The notes below the pieces were generated by a model. The model saw only the letters and a list, made by a program, of their open reading frames with translations. It was not told the origin of the DNA and did not search any database. DNA of 64,000 bases. It comes from Paraspadella gotoi (Eukaryota; Animalia; Chaetognatha). Both the position numbers and the translations under genes were made by a program. Of this stretch, positions 54,995 to 64,000 are shown piece by piece. Every line of letters begins with the position of its first letter. Positions within the stretch are counted from its first letter, which is position 1. The stretch spans positions 6,801,529 to 6,865,528 of the forward strand of contig CM119267.1 in assembly GCA_051294375.1 (NCBI GenBank). Reading direction: 5' to 3'.

Positions 54995-57803
54995 GAAATA
55001 TATACTTGAAAGTCGGTAAATCATTATTTCAAAATTAAACGTTATATTTCATCGAAATATTTATATTAGCAACTTTTAAAAAAAAATGGCAGGATTGATT
55101 GATTTGATCGACCTTTCCAGCCAGTTCGTTCTTTCACCATTTTCACGGCGCTAGACATCCGATTGACGGCTTCGCTGAAAATCAACAATACAGAATTCTT
55201 TTTTATACTTGGACGTTAAATTATATTTCTACCAAAACCTTCAAAAACTTTCTTCTCATTTCTCACCTCGCGATTATTCTTATTTCTTCTTCGCCTCGAG
55301 CGTCGGAACTTTGGCCGCAATGGGAGTAAAAGGCTTTCACTTCGATGATGTCATCCACCTTGCAGTAAAATTAAATTAAAAAATTAATAATGACATAAAT
55401 TGTATTGGACGGAAGGTTCAGATGTAATTATACGATAATAAAGAAAATATTATTTTTTTCAATCGACATTGAAAGAAGAGAAAAGAGAAATTACGTACAT
55501 ATCGGTATATTAAATTGCATAAATCATAGGGAGAGGGAGATGACGATCGAAGAAAAGTTATTAAGTAAAAAGGGGAAACAATAAAATTGTCTCCCTTATT
55601 TTTGTGCCACTCCGTTCTGAGTTCGCCATCGACTATCGTTATCAAATAGATATAATTTTGTTTTTTAAAGTTGTGAATGAGTCTTAAAACATCTTACATA
55701 TTTTTAATTAGAATTAAACGTATGATAAATGATAAACATCCGATTCGGCAGCCACTTTCGTCCACTTGCCTTCAGCATCATCTGGACCAAGTGGACGAGC
55801 TCCTCGCTGTCGAAAGGTTGACCTTCCCGTCCGAAGCCGACGTCAACGGCGACGAAGACCGACCACCTCTTCGTCGGGAGAGGATCGTCGAGGAGCGCTT
55901 GAAGACCGACTCGACTGTCCACCTAAAAAGAGATTAGAATTTTCAAAATTCTAAAGACACTTTTTATTGTTTATAGTACAATTAATATTTTAAAAAGATT
56001 AAATCTTGAGCTTAAAATAACAAAATCCCAGTCTCACCATGACGTGCAAGAGGTTTAGCCTTTCGACGAGCCGCTTCAAGCGCGGGATCCTGTTGGGAAT
56101 GACTGGACATGCGACGAAGATGTCGTCAAAGCCGCCGGAGGCAAAGAACTCTGCCTTGAGAAAAAAAAATGATGAGAAAATATTTATTAATGTATATTAG
56201 TTATTAATCATAGACCGAGAGAAATTAATAAAATCTATATTTAAGACCAATTTTACAATAAAACTATTGTTTGGTTTCGTCTATGAAAACGCCTCATGTT
56301 TTCAAAGCTCCTTCATTTAGTCTTACATTGAAACATTCTTTTAAATATTTTCCATTTCATTGATAGGGAAGCCAGGTACACTGGGAGTGAATAAATGAGA
56401 CTGTGAGAGAGTCTTGATTGAAAGCTTGCAGGGACCTGCTATGTCATTATATTGTAAGAGTGATGAAGGCCTTAAACCACCAAAGCCTGTCCAAAGTCCA
56501 ATTTCATACCACAGAAAATTTTTAGTAATCTCTGACGAATTTCTAAATGCTCGAGCGGCATCATCGCCATTAAGAGAACTCGAAAATCTCAACTCGATTC
56601 ACTCTTGACGAGCAGATTGGTCTTTGATCTCATCTTGACCTATAAAACTATCCAACGGTTTTTCCTAGAGAATTTTCCCGCCTTTTTCTTAACTCGAGAA
56701 ATTCGCCCAAAGCATTTCGGCGATCGGTCAAATGATTCACGATAAATGCTTTCGAGCGAAATCGTTCGATTATTCAGTTCCCCCTCAGCAGCAAAGGAAC
56801 GGGTCCTGGGCTTGGAACCAGGCATGGTGGTTTTCCAGGGGCCCAAGGCGATTTACGGCCGTCCTCACTCCTCACGCTTTCCGCAGGGTGGATGTATTGC
56901 TCAAGGGGCCACCGGCTTGGTGAACTTATCCAATGCCCGACAACAAAATTACGAATACGACAGAATAAACAATTTTTCCTTCAACGACCTGAGCCAAAGT
57001 CGAGACGACGATTCCCCGTTTCGATCCGCCCGTCATCATCTCTCCGATCTCAAGAGTCTTGTGGGTTTTCATGTGAGGCCGCAGCGCCATCTGCTTTTCC
57101 TCGTAAAATTTCAAAAACCTGTTGTTATCGATCAATATGTATACGAAAACCGCAATCTTCGGAAGATGATCAATATTAATATCATTTATTTCATTCATTA
57201 TCGTGAAATGATATTTCATATCAACATCGAATTATCATTAATTTAATATTACAAACACAAGTTTACCTCGAACAATTTCGCTCGACGACATCGAGATCAA
57301 TCAAGAAAGCCGGAGTGAAAACCTGAGAAGAAAAAAACGAACAAAGGAACATCGGGATCGAATTTTGGATTGTAAATAAATAAATAAATAAATAAATAAA
57401 GAAATAAATACATAAATACATAAATACATAAATACATAAATACATAAATAAATACATAAATACATAAATAAATAAATACATAAATACATAAATAAATAAA
57501 TAAATAAATACATAAATAAATAAATAAATAAATAAATAAATACATAAATACATAAATAAATAAATAAATAAATACATAAATAAATAAATAAATAAATACA
57601 TAAATAAATAAATAAATACATAAATAAATAAATAAATAAATAAATACATAAATACATAAATACATAAATAATTACATATATACATAAATAAATAAGCTCC
57701 GAACCTCGTCAAGGCTCTCTGGTTTTTCTTCAACCTCGTCGTCGCGCTCTCCCCTTCGCTCAACGTCTTTGATGAAGAGCTCCGCCTTTTCTTGTTTGGT
57801 CAT
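53209..57803 (-). CDS. DSD1: D-serine dehydratase / D-threo-3-hydroxyaspartate dehydratase-like PLP enzyme (fold type III, alanine-racemase N-terminal barrel plus D-Ser dehydratase C-terminal domain); 10 coding exons, 1194 nt, 397 aa
   Basis: Manual splicing gives an uninterrupted frame with consistent intron phases: [10 protein letters not shown]...[17 protein letters not shown]...[12 protein letters not shown] (PLP Lys motif)...[17 protein letters not shown]...VDVGFGREG...FYSHCG...GIGSTPTCS...[12 protein letters not shown]...[10 protein letters not shown]...[10 protein letters not shown]...[14 protein letters not shown]...[17 protein letters not shown]...RPCRGF*. All acceptors are AG; 7 donors are GT and 2 are probably GC. 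Confidence 0.93.
53698..53786 (-). CDS. DSD1: DSD1-like exon 9 ([14 protein letters not shown]...DKYP)
   Basis: ttcgcag acceptor, CCG|gtgaga donor. Confidence 0.88.
54170..54436 (+). mobile_element. SINE/LINE-like 3' fragment in DSD intron 8
   Basis: GC-balanced block with near-perfect stem-loop GATGCCCCAT-GCCA-ATGGGCATC (54360-54382), then a ttttactaccttttacctttta tail. Confidence 0.35.
54684..54956 (-). CDS. DSD1: DSD1-like exon 8 (GIGSTPTCS...[11 protein letters not shown]...GYCHIE)
   Basis: (ct)n-gacag acceptor; GSTPT and E-x-HPGNY motifs; donor either AAG|gcaaga (GC) or a weaker GT with exon end at 54675. Confidence 0.9.
55113..55174 (-). CDS. DSD1: DSD1-like exon 7 ([20 protein letters not shown])
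   Basis: tttcag acceptor, AAG|gtcgat donor; phases 2 and 1 fit the neighbouring exons. Confidence 0.82.
55267..55358 (-). CDS. DSD1: DSD1-like exon 6 ([18 protein letters not shown]...)
   Basis: tgcaag acceptor, AG|gtgaga donor; YxHCG motif. Confidence 0.88.
55770..55922 (-). CDS. DSD1: DSD1-like exon 5 (VDSRVG...VDVGFGREG...MMLK)
   Basis: ttttag acceptor; best in-phase donor is AAG|gcaagt (GC-AG). Confidence 0.85.
56038..56154 (-). CDS. DSD1: DSD1-like exon 4 ([17 protein letters not shown]...LHVM)
   Basis: ctcaag acceptor, ATG|gtgaga donor; GFDDI family motif. Confidence 0.92.
56775..56940 (-). mobile_element. Possible SINE-like fragment in DSD intron 3
   Basis: GC-rich island in an AT-rich intron; minus strand has ccccttgagcaa, resembling the CCTTGRGCAAG core seen in many tRNA-derived SINEs; no head or tail identified. 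Confidence 0.25.
56989..57118 (-). CDS. DSD1: DSD1-like exon 3 (contains [11 protein letters not shown]-lysine motif)
   Basis: aacag acceptor, CAG|gtcgtt donor; phase consistent with exons 2 and 4. Confidence 0.93.
57267..57322 (-). CDS. DSD1: DSD1-like exon 2 ([18 protein letters not shown])
   Basis: ttctcag acceptor, AG|gtaaac donor; TPxxxxDLDxxxxN family motif. Confidence 0.9.
57372..57694. repeat. Mixed (TAAA)/(TACA) tetranucleotide array filling DSD intron 1
   Basis: Directly visible. Confidence 0.95.
57705..57803 (-). CDS. DSD1: DSD1-like exon 1 ([10 protein letters not shown]...PESLDE)
   Basis: ATG at 57803, 99 nt, phase-0 GT donor (GAG|gttcgg) joining in frame to exon 2; not conserved in the family, so the start is less certain. 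Confidence 0.7.
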
Positions 57804-58745
57804 ATTTTTTTTTAGCAAGTCTCATTGAGCAAATATTATGATGTTCATAAAACTTGTATTACACAACTGAAAGTATACGTGTAATACGTATCAGGAGAAC
57901 TACAGAAGTTGAGGGATACAAAAAAAAAATACAAATTATCTTGTCATCTAAACACTAAACATTTTTTTGGGATTATTTATATTTATTTATTTTTATTTAA
58001 TTTTTCTTATTTTTTAAACTTATTTCCTATGACATCTGAGCGTTGATGTTAAGTATTTGCATCGATTATTCGTTGAACATCCTCCTCATCTATTTTCCTT
58101 AACTAATAAAAGTTCACACTTTTCTTCTCACTGAGTCGCTTATGACGCGGAATCGCAGAATAAACAGACTCACGGCGTTCACTTCCCACTCACGTTTCTC
58201 CAAAGCATCATATTCTCAGAAGACGTCTTCACGAGTAAATTATAAAAAATAAATATTTTTATATGTATATATATAAATATATATATAAATTGTGTTAGAG
58301 ACTATCATAAATACATTTATAAATTTTCTTATTTGATTGTATTATTGATAATTTTAAGAGAACAATACAAATTGGAAAAACGGAACGGCGCGGCGCGGCG
58401 TTTCAACAAATATTTTTCCGTAAAAATTGAAAGAAGACTAAAACTTATAAAAACTTATATAAATACGATTTCTTTGAGAAAACTCTCTGGGCCTCAGCAA
58501 ACCATTTTATTAACGCTGTTTTAAAATTTATGTGTCGCGAAACCCCCCAAAGGTCTAAGTGGCGAGACGACCCCGTCGATTCTAAAATCAAGGCGCGACC
58601 AGAACCTTCTTCCCATAATTTTGTCGACGTCAGGAAACTAAAGACGAGTCGAGAAAGACGCGACAAGTTAGTCGCAGCTTTTCTTTGCCTTTATCTCGTT
58701 CACCGGTGGAAAGTTGCCTTTGCTGCTCACCGCGTAATTAAATTA

Positions 58746-58857
<112 letters not shown>

Positions 58858-59359
58858 CGTTGTCACAGGTTCTCGTTTACTAACAGCTACCGCATAAATC
58901 AACGCCGCCGCTGAGCCGCCAATTCTGATGACAGCGACAACTAAAACATTGGCCCGCTACCTTAGAGATTAAAGGCCAACAAGGCAACAACGTGCCAAGA
59001 CGTTGTGCCTGTAAACGGAAAAGGCATCGAAATGTCCAGAGAGAAATGAACGGCGAATTTCTCACTTGGGTTGACCTTAATAAATCGTTCAAACATTTAG
59101 TTTTTCGTATTCCATCCCAACAAAGATTGGAACGAACGTCAGAGTTCCGAATAAACTACGATAACGACGACAATTACGTCGTTTGTCAAAAAAGAGAATG
59201 ACAATAACGAAGAAAGGCGATGACAATGACGGAGATCCGACCGACGAGAAACGATCCTTCGACGTCATAATTTCAATCGTCCGCCAAACTCGAACCACAA
59301 TCGTCGTTTGTCTTTCGCCGGTGCTTCAGTCGAAACCGTAAACTCGATCGGTTGAGAAA

Positions 59360-59876
59360 CCTGACCAAACCTGAGCTCAATACGCGTCTGAACCAAATAG
59401 ACCTGACCGACTAAATAGACGGACCTGACCGACCAAATAGACGGACCTGACCGACCAAATAGACGGACCTGACCAACCAAATAGATGGACCTGACCGTCC
59501 AAATAGACGGACCTGACCGACCAAATAGACGGAACTGATCGATTAAATAGACAGACTTGACCACCTAAATAGATGGACCTGACCAATCAAATAGACGGAC
59601 CTGACCGACCATATATCTGGACTTGACTAATCATATAGACAGACCTGACCAACCAAAGAGATGGACCTAACCAACCAAATAGACAGACCTGACCGACCAG
59701 ATAAACGGACCTGACCAACCAAAGAGATGGACCTGACCAACCAAATAGACGGACTTGACAGACCAAACAGACGGACATGACCGACCAAATAGATGGACCT
59801 GACCGACCATATAGATGGACCTGACCGATCAAATAGACGGACCTGACCGACCGAATAGACGGACCTGACCGACCAC
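59360..59876 (+). repeat. 22-bp minisatellite (ggacctgaccgaccaaatagac), over 20 copies
   Basis: Clear head-to-tail array without spacers. Confidence 0.95.
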
Positions 59877-62055
59877 ATTCCTTTGGCTTCTTCCCCTAAT
59901 TTTAATTTCGACCAACATTTCGGGAATTGGAGGAAGAAGCCAACGACAAAACGGGGGGGAGTTGGAAATGGATCAATTCGGATTCACAAGAGCGAGAGTG
60001 AGAGAGAGGAGCCGAGATGAGAGAGAGGAGAGAGAGAGAGGAGAGACAGAAAGGGCTTCTGGCCAATTAAGATTCACGTGCCCTGAGGTGATAATTAGGT
60101 AAGAGGAGAGAATGGGGACCAGAAATATCATGGGGAAGAGAAACGGAGAGAGAGAGAGATGAGAGAGAGGGAAAAGAAGAGAGAGAGAGAGAAATTCTTG
60201 CGGTCTAAAACAAAGTTTTTAATTTTTTTAAAAATTTTTGTTCAGACTTCAGTGTTTAGACTTTAGAAATCGAATAAATGCTTTGTTGAATTTTAGTCAT
60301 TGCAGATCCAATTTGTTTAAAAGAATTTCACAATGCAACATTTCTTCTTTAGTCATTGTCGCAGTCGCAGCGATTTCATTTTGACATCCTTAAAAGTTAA
60401 AATAGTTGTTGACAAAATCTTCGAAGATGGAATCAGGACCAGAAAGAAAAAAAGTCCGGAAAAGAAATCGAAGTGATTCCGGGTTATGAGTTATCGAGGA
60501 TTTGTCGCTTCTACTTTGCCATTCAAATTTATTGCGCTCCGGCTGATATCTCTCTTTGGTTATCCCATTCAGTCGATAAATTTAAAAAGCGTAAGTTAAA
60601 GGGGAAGACTTTGTGAGTGAAAGATTAAATTTGAAAATGAGTCTGAGAGAGAGAGAGAGAGAGATAGTTACTTTTGTTTTCTTAAAGAAAAAAGTTGCGA
60701 TTTAAATTGCCAAAAAGAATAAATAAGATATACAACTCTATACGATCTATTGTCGGAATTCCCGCGTGAACTTATGACTCGCATACAAGATCATCTCTTC
60801 AATTCTATCTCTCACCTTATTGCACCGGCGACAAACACAACCTACAATAGGTGCTCTCTCAACATCACCTGTTCTCTCTCCTCTCTCTTCTCCTATCGCT
60901 CTCTTCTCTCCCCTTCTCTCCTCTCTCTCTGACTCTGCAATTGTCTCAAATCGAAAGTCTATGCTCTGCATCTTCTGCGGCTCATAGCTCTCTCTTCTCT
61001 CGTGGCTCTTCTCACTTTTGTCTATCATACAGAAAACGTATTTTGGATATAATGTCTTGAACGAAAAATAGTTCAGTGTTAGGATTCCGCGATTTCTTTT
61101 TTTTTTTACAGTCGTACTCGTCGGCTTCTGGTTTTTGTTATATCTCCCCAGATATCAAGGGAAATTTGCTAAAAACTTAATTGGTTAAATTTTACAATTT
61201 AATAATTAAATATATGTGGTTGTGCAAAACATGTGCTGTTTGTATTCAAGTGAAATCAATTTAGGAGCGCAAGTGGCGGCGTGGAAACGCCTATAAAATA
61301 TGACGTTCCAGTATAGATAAGGGGTGTCATATATTATCATTATCACCAGAATGGTGTATGTAAAAGTGGAATTGGTATAGACGCTACTTAGCATGAGATT
61401 TATAAATTGTCTTCGATTATCAAGACATAACGGTTGGATTTTATTTGGTACGCATTTGCAAATCGCCATGGAAAACGCCCTAAGAAGTCCTTCACCCGCC
61501 CTCTGATAGTATTGAAACGTCCGAAACTTAGATGCGTTCACGTTATTTTGTATTTATTGGTTTAGTGAGGCGATATACGTAGAAAAAACTCCTATCCGCG
61601 AAAAAAGTGTCATCTTACTAGCTATAAGGCGAGGCCAGGGTGAAAGACTTTATAAGTAATAACCCCCTGGCATTGAAATACGTAAAGTCCGAATACGGGC
61701 ATCACTGGAGCGCCCGCCCTACGCCACGCCGGGACCAAGGATAGCCGGTATAAAGGCGCCCATTGCCGAGTGGGAATGAAGGGCGATCAAGATCGCGATA
61801 TCCTACCTCCTGGTGTCCTGCTCTCTTGTCTCTCCTCGTCTCCGGCTCGGCGACTTCTTCTCTCTACGTTCTTCTACTATCTCTCTCGTGCTCTCATACC
61901 TCGGTGCTCACTCGTTCGATCACTCACATTCTCCCTTTTTTTTCTTTTCTCTCTGTCTGTTCCCTTTCACATCCACGAGCCACGCCTCCCTTTTCATCGA
62001 ATTTTCTCTCTCTTTTCTCTCTCTCTCTTCTCTCTCTCTCTTCTCTTCTCTCTCT

Positions 62056-62103
<48 letters not shown>

Positions 62104-62816
62104 CAAACTCGGGATTCGGCAAAGGTGCTGCTAAGAGAGACAGAGGTTCCCTTTGAGAATCATGTTGAGTTATAGTGGAACTTTTTATGTTAAAATGCGA
62201 GCTTTTTAAAAAATTCCTTCTCCTTTTTTTATTATTGGCATTGTTCTCTACCTAGCCTTTCATAGCCTTTCATTTTTTAAGTTCCTTTTTTCTCTAGTGT
62301 TTTTTTTATATTCCTTCCTTTTTTAGTATTTTTTACTTGTCCTCTGTTATATCTTTCTATCTATTCTTTTGTGCTCTCTCTCTCCCTCTCCCTCTCTCTC
62401 TCTCTCTCTTTCTTTTTCCCTAGTAAATCTTGAGCCTTTTTTGATGAAAGTTGAGCTTTTGACTTTTGTCGTTTTGTCCTCACAAGTTTGGAGTCCCGCG
62501 ACAAGGACAACAAGGCCCTCTTATCAGAAATGGTTTTATTATTGTATTTGATACAACCGAAGAATAAAAGTTTTACTCTTATTTAAACAGAACAAATATA
62601 TCCTGTATTCTTTAAATAGTTATAATGTTTTAATATGACAAAGAAATTATCATAAAAAAAATTAATGATATATCATAAAGATTTTTGATTAAATAATTTA
62701 TAAATAAATTATTATTTAAAAAAAACAACTAACAAAGAAACAGGATAACTTTTAATCTAACCATCTATTTTTCTATCTCTACATTGTCTCTTTTCGTACC
62801 GAACATCTGTATTGCT

Positions 62817-62985
62817 ATCTCTACTATCTGTCTTTTCAACCCGATCATCTTTCTTTTCCATTATCTCTTCCACTCTCTTCCTCTTCAAGTATTACATCTG
62901 TAATGCCATCTCTACTATCTGTCTTTTCAACCCGATCATCTTTCTTTTCCATTATCTTTCACTCGCTTCCTCTTCAAGTATTACG
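62817..62985 (+). repeat. ~90-bp tandem duplication
   Basis: atctctactatctgtcttttcaacccgatcatctttcttttccattatct occurs twice. Confidence 0.85.
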
Positions 62986-63093
62986 TACATATCTCTCTCC
63001 CCGAATTTTATTTTATCTGACCCGCCAAAGCTATTGTTCCCACGAAGTTTTCTCTTTGTTGTCGCTTAGCAACGAGAATCACTTTAATCTTTT

Positions 63094-63127
<34 letters not shown>

Positions 63128-63815
63128 NNNNNNNNNNNNNNNNNNNNNNNNNNNNNNNNNNNNNNNNNNNNNNNNNNNNNNNNNNNNNNNNNNNNNNNNN
63201 NNNNNNNNNNNNNNNNNNNNNNNNNNNNNNNNNNNNNNNNNNNNNNNNNNNNNNNNNNNNNNNNNNNNNNNNNNNNNNNNNNNNNNNNNNNNGAGAGATT
63301 TGTGAGCCGTTGCGATTTTTTTCGCCATATTTGCATACAGAGGGGGCAGTGGGGGAGAAGGAGGTAGGCGGGGTTAGCCAGAGTTCAGCGGTTCAAAGAT
63401 TTAAAAAAGAAAAGAGTCTTTGTTTTTCAAGACGATCTCTCGCTATCATATTTTCGCTATCAAATCCTAGTCTCCTCTCTGGTCCCACACTGTAAAAGAA
63501 TTAAGCTGAAATAAGGCCTTATCGGCATATTAGCCTCGTTAGGCATATATATTAAAAATTAAGTCTAAAACGAGCAAGAATAAAATAAAAAACCAGAGCC
63601 TCTGGCGGAGGAATGAATACAATTCGATCTGGAAGCGACGTTCGTCAACCGCGACTTCGTCTCCCATCGCTTTTCATTCATCGCATTTTGTTTTTTTCTT
63701 ATTCATTCACAATTCGATTCACAATTCGATTCGCGATTCCTTTATCCTTTTTCAATTCTTCACATTAAATTCTTTATTTTTTTTTTTTCCGTTATCGTCG
63801 GTGGCACCATCTCGT

Positions 63816-63998
63816 TCACGGGACCGAAGCGGCGCCGACGTCCGCGCCGCGCCCTATCGTCGGGCCGTAGTGCCTGCAAATGGAAGGCGTCGACGAGGGG
63901 GTTGGCACTGCGGCGGCGCCGATTGAACTGAGGGTCGGCACAGGCGACGCCGCGGGGCCAGACGGCTCCGGCCATGAATCGTCGGCGTCGCCCGTCGC
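63816..63998 (-). CDS. Probable terminal coding exon of an unidentified gene continuing beyond the window (Ser/Pro/Ala-rich: ATGDADDSWPEPSGPAASPVPTLSS...AASVP*)
   Basis: Abrupt GC-rich, non-repetitive block with codon usage resembling the DSD exons; open frame to TGA at 63818-63816, followed by AT-rich UTR-like sequence. The frame choice is an inference. Confidence 0.35.
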   Translation of the reverse strand, partial: ATGDADDSWPEPSGPAASPVPTLSSIGAAAVPTPSSTPSICRHYGPTIGRGADVGAASVP

Positions 63999-64000
63999 AG

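Noticed and set aside
56440-56520. Hammerhead ribozyme suggested by gtgatgaag
   Set aside because: Lacks the CUGAUGA core and a suitably paired GAAA.
59360-59876. CRISPR-like regular repeat
   Set aside because: Head-to-tail units with no unique spacers, no cas genes, eukaryotic context.
61740-61800. TATA-box promoter (GC-rich stretch then TATAAA at ~61749)
   Set aside because: No downstream gene or RNA supportable; the motif alone is too common.
63760-63975. 71-aa ORF with RRRR furin-like motif from the ORF track
   Set aside because: Runs into a poly-A/AT-rich tail; the alternative frame ending at 63816 looks more plausible and neither can be confirmed at the window edge.

Overview
Eukaryotic (probably invertebrate animal) genomic DNA, extremely rich in microsatellites ((AG)n, (GTC)n, (AAT)n, (TATC)n, (TTTC)n, (GAAG)n), so almost all ORFs in the six-frame track are low-complexity artefacts. 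One intact gene can be reconstructed by hand: a 10-exon, 397-aa fold-type III PLP enzyme of the D-serine dehydratase (DSD1) / D-threo-3-hydroxyaspartate dehydratase / D-threonine aldolase family on the minus strand (53209-57803). It appears to use two GC-AG introns and has Asn in place of the usual metal-ligand His (IPFNSC rather than HxC). Mobile DNA recognisable from structure: a 2.46-kb non-autonomous LTR element inserted in a (TATC)n tract (41128-43588), an 839-bp TTAA-flanked Kolobok-type MITE (46677-47515), a ~3.2-kb DINE-1/HINE-like (Helentron-associated) element (19235-22418) and two SINE-like intron fragments. Positions ~2.8-39.8 kb consist largely of indel-ridden near-duplicates next to exactly-25-N gaps, which most likely reflects long-read gap-filling artefacts rather than true segmental duplications. 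A probable terminal coding exon runs off the right edge. All coordinates and alignments were read by eye; no database searches were run.
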